Below are positions 32,436 to 40,290 of a stretch of DNA of 64,000 nucleotides, one piece after another. Positions within the stretch are counted from its first letter, which is position 1. Each line of letters starts with the position of its first letter. The DNA is from Bacilli bacterium (lineage in GTDB: Bacteria > Bacillota_I > Bacilli_A > RFN20 > CAG-826): NCBI GenBank assembly GCA_024408095.1, contig JAKSVI010000002.1:2111-66110 (forward strand). Direction: 5' to 3'. The notes beneath the pieces were generated by a model. That model worked only from the letters and a program-made list of their open reading frames with translations. It ran no database searches and had not been told where the DNA came from. The translations under genes and the position numbers were made by a program.

Positions 32436-33599
32436 ATGATAAATTACGACCACATTATGATTAGGTTTGGTGAATTAAGCACCAAAGGGAAAAATAAAAA
32501 AGATTTTATCCGTCTTTTAGCATTAAATGTACGACATGCACTAAAAGATTTCACAAATATCAATATCGATGTTAGATATGATCATATTTATGTTGCTTTA
32601 AAGAACAACGAACCTAAGGAAATTATAAAACGTCTGCAAGATGTATCAGGAATTCACTCTTTATCTTTGGTTCACAAATGTGAAGACAATATTGAAACGA
32701 TTAAAAACGATGCTCTTGAATTAATAAAATTAGAGAATGGCTCGACTTTTAAAGTAAATTGCAAAAGAAGTAACAAACGTTATCCATTGGTTTCTGATGA
32801 AATTGTTAGAATAGTAGCGCCTGTTATTTTGAAAAATACTAACTTGAAAGTTGATGTTCACAATCCGGATATATTGTTAAGTATTGAAATTCGTGATGAA
32901 GGTGCATATTTGTTTACCAATTCTTTTCCTGGAGCTGGCGGTTATCCACTTGGTGTTGCTGGAAAAAGCATGCATATGTTAAGTGGTGGTATTGATTCAC
33001 CAGTCGCTGCATATTTATTAATGAAAAGAGGCGTAACTATTGAATGCATTCATTTTGCATCACCCCCATATACTCAAGAAGGTGTAATTTATAAGCTCGT
33101 GGACATATTAACTGCATTAAATAAATATCAACCACGAATTAGATTGCACATTATTCCGTTCACTAAAATTCAAGAAGCTATTTATGATAATTGTCCTGAA
33201 TCATATTGCATCACAATAATGAGAAGAATGATGTTTAGGCTTGCTGCAAGATTGGCTAAACGTAGAAATTGTCCAATTATTTCTTCTGGCGAAAGTGTAG
33301 GGCAAGTTGCGAGCCAAACTTTGCAGAGTATGAATGTCATTAACGAAGTAACTAATACTCCTGTTATTAGACCGTGCGCAACTTTAGACAAATTAGAAAT
33401 TATAAATATCGCAAATAAAATTAAAACATACGAAATATCAATTAGACCTTATGAAGATTGCTGTACCATTTTTACACCAAAATCTCCGAAAACAATGCCT
33501 CATTTAGAGGAAGTAATAGAATATGAAAATAAGTTTGATTATGAAACATTGATAAATGACGCTTTAGCAAATATTGAAGTTAAAATAATTGAAGAATAA
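32436..33599 (+). CDS. thiI: tRNA 4-thiouridine synthase ThiI (no rhodanese domain)
   Basis: FGELSTKGKN start, THUMP domain and the SGGIDSPVA PP-loop. Confidence 0.9.
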   Translation: MINYDHIMIRFGELSTKGKNKKDFIRLLALNVRHALKDFTNINIDVRYDHIYVALKNNEPKEIIKRLQDVSGIHSLSLVHKCEDNIETIKNDALELIKLENGSTFKVNCKRSNKRYPLVSDEIVRIVAPVILKNTNLKVDVHNPDILLSIEIRDEGAYLFTNSFPGAGGYPLGVAGKSMHMLSGGIDSPVAAYLLMKRGVTIECIHFASPPYTQEGVIYKLVDILTALNKYQPRIRLHIIPFTKIQEAIYDNCPESYCITIMRRMMFRLAARLAKRRNCPIISSGESVGQVASQTLQSMNVINEVTNTPVIRPCATLDKLEIINIANKIKTYEISIRPYEDCCTIFTPKSPKTMPHLEEVIEYENKFDYETLINDALANIEVKIIEE

Positions 33600-33600
33600 C

Positions 33601-33640
33601 AAAAAACCCATTGTTGATGGGTTTTTTTGTATTTTTTTTG
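33601..33640. terminator. bidirectional rho-independent terminator
   Basis: AAAAAACCCA / TGGGTTTTTT stem with a 7-nt loop, between thiI and rplT. Confidence 0.85.
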
Positions 33641-33643
33641 TAA

Positions 33644-33997
33644 TTACTTAATATTCTTTTTTGCAAGTTTGACTAATTCAGCGAATGCTTGTGGATCATT
33701 TATAGCGAGTTCGCTTAACATTTTTCTGTTAACGTTAACTTTAGCTTCTTTTAATCCAAACATGAATTTGCTGTAAGAAATTTCGTTCATACGGCAAGCG
33801 GCATTGATACGTCTGATCCATAATTTACGATAATCTCGTTTGATTGTTCTTCTAGAAATATAAGCATAGCGTAAGCTGTGCATTACTTGTTCTTTTGCCG
33901 TTTTGAATAATAAGTGTTTGCTTCCGAAGTAACCAGAAGCTCTTTTGAGCATCTTTTTACGACGAGCGTGTGTAACTGTTCCGCCTTTAACTCTCAT
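33644..33997 (-). CDS. rplT: 50S ribosomal protein L20
   Basis: [15 protein letters not shown] start. Confidence 0.97.
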   Translation of the reverse strand: MRVKGGTVTHARRKKMLKRASGYFGSKHLLFKTAKEQVMHSLRYAYISRRTIKRDYRKLWIRRINAACRMNEISYSKFMFGLKEAKVNVNRKMLSELAINDPQAFAELVKLAKKNIK

Positions 33998-34011
33998 TTT
34001 CTGGCTCCTCC

Positions 34012-34206
34012 TTACTTAATAATGAGATACTTAATCCTCTTTAAATCAGTTTTATGGACTGATGTTCCTTTCATTAAGTGTCTCTTTTGTTTTGTTGTTT
34101 TGTGTGGGGCTAAATGGCTAACGTAAGCATGATGTCTTGTAACTTTTCCGCTGCCAGTAACTTTAATTCTTTTCATTAAAGCGCGTTTACTTTTCATTTT
34201 TGGCAT
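34012..34206 (-). CDS. rpmI: 50S ribosomal protein L35
   Basis: [21 protein letters not shown] start. Confidence 0.95.
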   Translation of the reverse strand: MPKMKSKRALMKRIKVTGSGKVTRHHAYVSHLAPHKTTKQKRHLMKGTSVHKTDLKRIKYLIIK

Positions 34207-34217
34207 AATGTTTCCTC

Positions 34218-34772
34218 CTACTTTTTCTTTGGTGCTAATGTAGCAATGAGCCAGCGACCATCCATGTTAGCGGCTTTTTCAACTGTAACAATGTCGCCAA
34301 GCATCGAGATAAATTTATCCATTGCCTCTTGGCCGACCTCAATATGTGTCATCTGTCTACCTCTAAATCTCACACCAACTTTAACTTTGTTTCCTTCTTG
34401 AAGGAATTTTGTAGCAGCACGAGCTTTGGTTTCCATATCATGAATACCAATTTGAGGTGTCAATTGAATCTCTTTTACTTCGATTTTAACTTGATTTTTA
34501 CGATTTTCTTTAGCCTTTTTCTGTTGCTCATAACGGTATTTTCCATAATTGATGATTTTACACACCGGTGGATTTGCATTTGGCGCAACGCATAGTAAGT
34601 CTAAATCGTACTCGTTGGCTTTGACTTGAGCTTCTCTTGCACTCATGGTGCCGAGTTGTTCGCCGTTTGGGCCGATTAATAAAACTTTTGGAAATCTAAC
34701 TAATTCATTTACTAAATCAGATGACTGATTGTTTGGCTTTTTGCCATTTGTTTGGTCTTGGATAAATATCAC
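34218..34772 (-). CDS. infC: translation initiation factor IF-3
   Basis: VRFPKVLLIGPNGEQLG and the rest of the protein match IF-3. There is no in-frame ATG. The 5' limit given is the GTG that overlaps the SD; the likely real start is ATC at 34763 (or ATA at 34769). Confidence 0.93.
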   Translation of the reverse strand: MIFIQDQTNGKKPNNQSSDLVNELVRFPKVLLIGPNGEQLGTMSAREAQVKANEYDLDLLCVAPNANPPVCKIINYGKYRYEQQKKAKENRKNQVKIEVKEIQLTPQIGIHDMETKARAATKFLQEGNKVKVGVRFRGRQMTHIEVGQEAMDKFISMLGDIVTVEKAANMDGRWLIATLAPKKK

Positions 34773-34783
34773 TCCTTTTTGCT

Positions 34784-34916
34784 AAAAAAACGGATGCAAG
34801 CGAATTGCACCCGTAACTAAATCTTAACCCCAAGATTTGTAGCGTTGGCCAACTGATATATATCGGTCTGGCGAGAAGCGGGTGCCTCTACTTTCTACCT
34901 CTTTTTTTGCTCAATA
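34784..34916 (-). promoter_or_regulatory. L20-type ribosomal protein leader / transcription attenuator
   Basis: Minus-strand terminator CGGGTGCAA-TTCGC-TTGCATCCG plus TTTTTTT lies directly before the infC SD. An upstream GCACCCG (34885-34879) can pair with the terminator 5' arm as an antiterminator. The segment is locally GC-rich. Confidence 0.7.
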
Positions 34917-34945
34917 ATCGTATCATTAACAATGATATGTGTCAA
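34917..34945 (-). promoter_or_regulatory. sigma-A-type promoter of the infC operon
   Basis: -35 TTGACA (34945-34940), a 17-nt spacer, and -10 TACGAT (34922-34917). Confidence 0.6.
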
Positions 34946-35021
34946 TCTCTATTTTTATGATGAGAATTTTTGATTCTATAAGACCTTAAAAATTGACTTT
35001 TACTATTATGAGACTTTTATG

Positions 35022-35051
35022 AAAAAATGTTGCAAAACCGCAACATTTTTT
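35022..35051. terminator. rho-independent terminator after thrS
   Basis: AAAAAATGTTGC / GCAACATTTTTT 12-bp stem with a 6-nt loop. Confidence 0.85.
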
Positions 35052-35062
35052 AAGAATTATGT

Positions 35063-36823
35063 TTATCTTGTTTTATTCTTTGCTTCTTCAAGAACCAATT
35101 TTATGAATTCATCAATCGAAACAGTTAATTGATCTTTTTGGCCATAACGTCGATATGTTACTGTTTTATCTTTTACCTCATTATCGCCGATAACTAATGT
35201 AAATGGAATTTTTCTCATTTGAGCATTTCTTAAACGATATCCAAGCTTTTCGTTTGCGTCGTCTTTTTCTACTCTGATTCCATTTTCCTTCATTAATTTA
35301 TACAAATTATTCGTATAATCAAGATGGTAATCATTATTAACTGGTAATATGATTGCTTGAACTGGCGCAAGCCAGGTTGGGAAAGCACCTGCAAAATGTT
35401 CAATTAAAATACCTGTGAATCTCTCGATTGATCCAAGACATGCTCTATGCAGCATAATAGGACGCTTTTTTTCTCCGTCCTTATCAATATAGAAACAATC
35501 AAACCTTTCTGGTAAATTCATATCTAGTTGAATTGTTCCACATTGCCAAATTCTGCCCATTGAATCCCTAAGTTTGAAATCAAGTTTCGGACCATAGAAT
35601 GCTCCGTCACCAGGGTTAATTTTGAATTCTTTTCCGCTTTTTTCACATGCTTCTTTGAGAATAGCCTCAGATTTATTCCAAATATTAATATCGCCAATAT
35701 ATCCTTCTTCGGGTCTTGTTGACAATTCAATATGATAATCCAAACCAAATACGCTATACATTTCTTCATAAAATTGAAGCAATGTTTTGATTTCATCAAC
35801 TAATTGATCTTCACGGCAAAATATATGGGCATCGTCTTGTGTGAATGCACGAACTCTAAATAAACCATTTAATGCTCCGCTTGCCTCATGCCTATGCACA
35901 TGACCAAGTTCAGCTAATCTAATTGGCAAATCTTTATATGAATGTAGTGAGTTTTTATAAACTAAAATGCCACCTGGGCAGTTCATTGGTTTAATCGCGA
36001 ACTCTCTATCATCTATTTTAGTAGTATACATGTTTTCCTTATAGTGATCCCAATGTCCACTGGTTTCCCAAAGTTCTTTGCTCAACATTGTTGGAGTTTT
36101 TGTAAAAACATAGTCAAATTTAATGTGTTGAGACTTCCAATAATCTTCGAGCTGATTAAGAAGAGTCATTCCGTTGGGGAGCCAAAATGGGAATCCTGGA
36201 CCATATTCAGAAAGCATAAATAATCCTAATTGTCTTCCTAAAATACGATGGTCTCTCTTTTTTCTTTCTTCCAAGACATTAAGATGATTTTGTAGTTCTT
36301 CTTCCGACCACCAGCTAGTGCCATAAATACGGACTAGCATTTTATTTTTACTATCTCCACGCCAATAAGCGCCAGCTAAATTTAAAAGCTTAAAATGTTT
36401 AATTTGGCCGGTCGACATAATGTGCGGTCCGCGACACAAATCTGTAAAATTTCCTTGTGTAAAAATTGTGATATCTTCATCAATACCATTAATAAGCTCT
36501 AACTTATATGGGTTGTTTTTAAAGACTTTAAGAGCTTCATCTTTTGTTAGTTGTTGACGTGAGATTTTTTCATCTTTTCCTGCTAATTCGTGCATCTTTT
36601 TCTCGATTTTGACTAAATCAGCTTCAACAATTGGCTCTTTAAAATCAATGTCGTAATAGAATCCTTCTTCAATTGCTGGGCCAAATCCAAACAATGCATC
36701 TGGATATAATTCCTGAATTGCTTCAGCTAAAAGGTGTGAAGTTGAATGATTTAAGACTTCAAACCCTTCTTTTGATGACTTTTCGATCTCAGAGATTGAG
36801 CCATCATGATTTTGTATTTTCAT
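35063..36823 (-). CDS. thrS: threonine--tRNA ligase (N-terminally short, TGS domain largely missing)
   Basis: HSTSHLLAEAI editing-domain motif at residue ~26, class II catalytic core and anticodon-binding domain; 586 aa. Confidence 0.97.
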   Translation of the reverse strand: MKIQNHDGSISEIEKSSKEGFEVLNHSTSHLLAEAIQELYPDALFGFGPAIEEGFYYDIDFKEPIVEADLVKIEKKMHELAGKDEKISRQQLTKDEALKVFKNNPYKLELINGIDEDITIFTQGNFTDLCRGPHIMSTGQIKHFKLLNLAGAYWRGDSKNKMLVRIYGTSWWSEEELQNHLNVLEERKKRDHRILGRQLGLFMLSEYGPGFPFWLPNGMTLLNQLEDYWKSQHIKFDYVFTKTPTMLSKELWETSGHWDHYKENMYTTKIDDREFAIKPMNCPGGILVYKNSLHSYKDLPIRLAELGHVHRHEASGALNGLFRVRAFTQDDAHIFCREDQLVDEIKTLLQFYEEMYSVFGLDYHIELSTRPEEGYIGDINIWNKSEAILKEACEKSGKEFKINPGDGAFYGPKLDFKLRDSMGRIWQCGTIQLDMNLPERFDCFYIDKDGEKKRPIMLHRACLGSIERFTGILIEHFAGAFPTWLAPVQAIILPVNNDYHLDYTNNLYKLMKENGIRVEKDDANEKLGYRLRNAQMRKIPFTLVIGDNEVKDKTVTYRRYGQKDQLTVSIDEFIKLVLEEAKNKTR

Positions 36824-36892
36824 AAACTTTTTCCTTTCCTCCGCAACACAATAGCGGGCTTATCTTGTGTTATGAATTATTAAATTAAATAA

Positions 36893-37852
36893 TTATTCTA
36901 GTCGATCAATTAAATCACGAAGGCCATGAGTATGTTCGTGTTTCATATTAACCGCTTCATTGATTGGGGTAGTAATAATTTGATTATTTCTTACACCTAC
37001 AACTTGGTTAACTTCTTCGTTGATTAACAAATCAACTGCTTTTGCTCCAAATCTAGCAGCTAAAATTCTGTCGTGAGCCGTTGGTGATCCACCTCTTTGG
37101 AGGCGGCCGAGAACCTCAGTTCTAGCTTCGAAACCAGTTTGCTCTGATATAGTTTTAGCTAATTCATTAATATCTAATAAGTTTTCGGAGACAATTATAA
37201 TTGCGTGGCTTTTATTTTGCGCTTTCATATGTCTTAATCTTTTAAATAAAACATCAGGTTTTAATGGATGTTCAACGCATATAACGCCTTCAGCACCTTC
37301 TGCTAGAGCAGCGTTCATTGCTAAATCACCACAATGACGTCCCATAACTTCAATTAATGAGCATCTTTGATGTGATCCACTTGTATCTTTTAATTTATCA
37401 ATACAATCACAGATTGTATTTAATGCAGTTGAAAAGCCAAGTGTTGTGTCAGTGCTACCAACATCATTATCGATAGTGGCAGGAATTCCGGCAACCTTGA
37501 TACCGTGATTTGCTAAATCATTTAATCCTCTAAAGGTTCCGTCTCCTCCGATACCGATAAGTGCATCAATATCAAAGTCATTTAATATACTTACAGCTTT
37601 TTGAATAACTTCTGGTTCTTTAAATTCGGGTAAACGAGCGCTTCTAATAATTGTTCCACCTCTATTAATAATGTCTTGAGTAAAGTCTTTATTAACTTGT
37701 TTAATTTGACCTTCAACAAGCCCACGAAAACCATCGTATATGACATACATTTCTTTTCCGGCATATAAGCCAGCTCTAACACATGCTCTTAGGGCAGCGT
37801 TCATACCAGGCGCGTCACCGCCACTAGTGAGAATTGCAATTTTTCTAACCAT
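36893..37852 (-). CDS. pfkA: ATP-dependent 6-phosphofructokinase
   Basis: TSGGDAPGMNAA, GGDGT and PATIDND motifs; 319 aa. Confidence 0.93.
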   Translation of the reverse strand: MVRKIAILTSGGDAPGMNAALRACVRAGLYAGKEMYVIYDGFRGLVEGQIKQVNKDFTQDIINRGGTIIRSARLPEFKEPEVIQKAVSILNDFDIDALIGIGGDGTFRGLNDLANHGIKVAGIPATIDNDVGSTDTTLGFSTALNTICDCIDKLKDTSGSHQRCSLIEVMGRHCGDLAMNAALAEGAEGVICVEHPLKPDVLFKRLRHMKAQNKSHAIIIVSENLLDINELAKTISEQTGFEARTEVLGRLQRGGSPTAHDRILAARFGAKAVDLLINEEVNQVVGVRNNQIITTPINEAVNMKHEHTHGLRDLIDRLE

Positions 37853-37931
37853 AATTTTAACTCCAATTAGAATAATAATAGCATATTTCTATTATTATGT
37901 ATCTTTATTATACGAAATTTTTAAAAAAGTA

Positions 37932-38041
37932 TTTCCCACAAAATGAAATGTGGAAAACTCAAAAATAAATTTATTACACTACAAAAGATTTATACATAGT
38001 ATAAATCATTTAAACCATAACTGTGGATAAAATTTTCCACA
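37932..38041. promoter_or_regulatory. cluster of DnaA-box-like 9-mers upstream of the dnaB-dnaI loader operon
   Basis: TTTCCCACA (37932-37940), TGTGGAAAA (37949-37957), TGTGGATAA (38022-38030, a perfect complement of TTATCCACA) and TTTTCCACA (38033-38041), arranged as two inverted pairs. Confidence 0.55.
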
Positions 38042-38114
38042 ATTTTTATTAAGGTTTTTCATATTGAAAAGAGAAAACAAATTTTGAGATAATAAGCCCA
38101 CAAAGGAAACAAAA

Positions 38115-39410
38115 ATGGTTATTTTATCAACTGATGACATGTTTGAAGTTCACCTATCATCACTTATTGCTGATTATGATAAGGTTACAGTTACGAATTT
38201 ATATCAACCAATAATTGGATATGCTGCTATGTCTGTTTACTTTACTTTAATTAGTGAGGCTCATAATCAAAAACACACTAGCATATCTAATCATGAACAT
38301 CTTTTCTTACAGATGGGCATTTCATCAGGCGAGTTTATACAAGCTAGAAAAGCATTGGAAGGCGTCGGACTTTTAAAAACATATTTAACAAATGAAAATG
38401 GAGTTAAGTTTTATCGATATGAAATATATGCTCCAAAAGCCCCAAATAGTTTCTTAGATGATGTTTTGCTATATGGAATTCTAGTTAAATACATCGGAAA
38501 AGAAGAAGCACAAAGGTATAAACAAATTTATCAAAAAGATTCTTCGTTAAGTGGCGGGGAAAATATCTCGGCGTCTTTTAAAGAAGTATATAACCCTAAT
38601 CTAGACGAAGAGAGTTACATGGAAGTTTTACAAAATAATAAAAAAGATCTAAAAGGACGTAATTCTGCCAAAATTAATACGCAATTCTCTTATGAGAAAT
38701 TTTTTAAGTTCGTTCGAAACAATTCAAAATTAGATGAAAATTGTTTTAAGAGTAAAGAATTAAAAGAAATTGAAAGAATAGCAACTCTTTATGGCGCTAA
38801 CGAAGAAGAAACAGCCTTAACTATCATTGGCTTTTATAATGAAATGAATGACTTAGGGAATAGAGTTGATTTTGAAAGTGTTAACAATATTCTACGTGAA
38901 AAAGCAGGGTATTATATGCTTGGAAAAAAAGCAAGTGCTGGCTCATCAAGCCATGTTACAAGTGATTCAGATCTTGCTCAAAAAATTAATATCATGGATA
39001 AATATTCACCTAAAAAATATCTTTCGATTTTACAAAACGGCACAAAACCTGCTAGTAGCGATTTGTTAATATTGGATTCATTGAGTAAAAATTTTGGGTT
39101 AGCAAATCCTGTAATTAATGTTGTTGTAGACTATGTTTTGGCAAAAAATAACAACCGTTTTATAAGAGCCTATGCAGAAAAAGTTGCTGCCTCATTAGCA
39201 AGAGAAAGAATCGATAATGCCTTAGATGCCATGACTTATTTAATAAAAGGAAATAAAAGAACAAAACTTAACGGAAATAAAAAATATGATTTGAAAGGAG
39301 ATGCTTTAAGGACATCAAAAACACAACATACTTTATCTAAAAAAGAATTAGACGAAGTGAATGAACTTCTTGATGAACTTGGAGTAAATGTAGAAGATGG
39401 AAAAGCTTAG
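38115..39410 (+). CDS. dnaB: replication initiation/membrane attachment protein DnaB (Firmicutes helicase co-loader, DnaD-like domains)
   Basis: Length, DnaD-like domain features and position directly upstream of, and overlapping, dnaI. Confidence 0.75.
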   Translation: MVILSTDDMFEVHLSSLIADYDKVTVTNLYQPIIGYAAMSVYFTLISEAHNQKHTSISNHEHLFLQMGISSGEFIQARKALEGVGLLKTYLTNENGVKFYRYEIYAPKAPNSFLDDVLLYGILVKYIGKEEAQRYKQIYQKDSSLSGGENISASFKEVYNPNLDEESYMEVLQNNKKDLKGRNSAKINTQFSYEKFFKFVRNNSKLDENCFKSKELKEIERIATLYGANEEETALTIIGFYNEMNDLGNRVDFESVNNILREKAGYYMLGKKASAGSSSHVTSDSDLAQKINIMDKYSPKKYLSILQNGTKPASSDLLILDSLSKNFGLANPVINVVVDYVLAKNNNRFIRAYAEKVAASLARERIDNALDAMTYLIKGNKRTKLNGNKKYDLKGDALRTSKTQHTLSKKELDEVNELLDELGVNVEDGKA

Positions 39411-40290
39411 ATGTAACTTTAATGATTTAATTGATCAACAGACCCTTAAAAAAATGATCGACTCATTTAGAAACAACGCCGCAGCGGTTAAATATGTAAA
39501 ATCGCTCGGTATTTCCGATGAAGAAATTGATCAGAATATTACGCGATTTTACTCTTTTTCCGAAGATTTATCATATTGTAAAAACTGTCCTGGTTTAAAT
39601 AAATGCGAAAAAGATAATCCACATTTATGCACAAAAATCACATATCGTGATGGGTTTATAGAAAAAACTCTTGTTCCTTGTAAAAAATTATTGGAAAGAG
39701 TCAATTTTGAAAAAGAATTCAAGGTTATGGATTTTCCTAAGGAATGGTTAGATGCTTCTTTAAAGGATGTGGATATTAATAGCACCGCACGAAAAACAGT
39801 ATTAACAAAATACACAAATTATATTAAAAATTTGTCTTCACAATGGATTTATATGACTGGAGAGGGTGGCACTGGACGTTCATATTATGCTGCTTGTTTA
39901 TGTGTTGACGCCGCGAAAAGACAAAAAGGCCCCATTTGTTTTATAAATTGTGCTACTCGAATTAAAGATTTGTACGGAATGTCTTTCAAACAAAAAGAGG
40001 ATTTCCAAAGAATTCTCGATATTTATTGTTCTTGTCCAATATTGGTATTAGACGATTTTGGTAATGAAGTTAAAAATGATTTTGTTCGCGATGGTATTGT
40101 TTTCCAAATATTATCAAAAAGAGCATCACAAAAATTATTTACTATTATTACAAGTGACTTTCCGATTGAAGATATTGTCACTATGTATGATACAAATAAG
40201 GCGGCTGGAGTTAGAGCAAGACAAATAGGAAGAATGCTTGCCTCAGCTTCAAAAGAAGAGATTAATTTAGGCGAAGTTGCACTTTATTAA
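39397..40290 (+). CDS. dnaI: primosomal helicase loader DnaI (AAA+), atypical Walker A
   Basis: N-terminal Cys-rich zinc module (CKNCPGLNKC...C), AAA+ core with GEGGTGRS and Walker B VLDDFG. Confidence 0.8.
   Translation: MEKLRCNFNDLIDQQTLKKMIDSFRNNAAAVKYVKSLGISDEEIDQNITRFYSFSEDLSYCKNCPGLNKCEKDNPHLCTKITYRDGFIEKTLVPCKKLLERVNFEKEFKVMDFPKEWLDASLKDVDINSTARKTVLTKYTNYIKNLSSQWIYMTGEGGTGRSYYAACLCVDAAKRQKGPICFINCATRIKDLYGMSFKQKEDFQRILDIYCSCPILVLDDFGNEVKNDFVRDGIVFQILSKRASQKLFTIITSDFPIEDIVTMYDTNKAAGVRARQIGRMLASASKEEINLGEVALY

Noticed and set aside
36824-36892. Possible regulatory leader or T-box upstream of thrS.
   Set aside because: It is only 69 nt and contains just a weak 6-bp stem (ACACAA/TTGTGT). 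There is no T-box sequence and no terminator.
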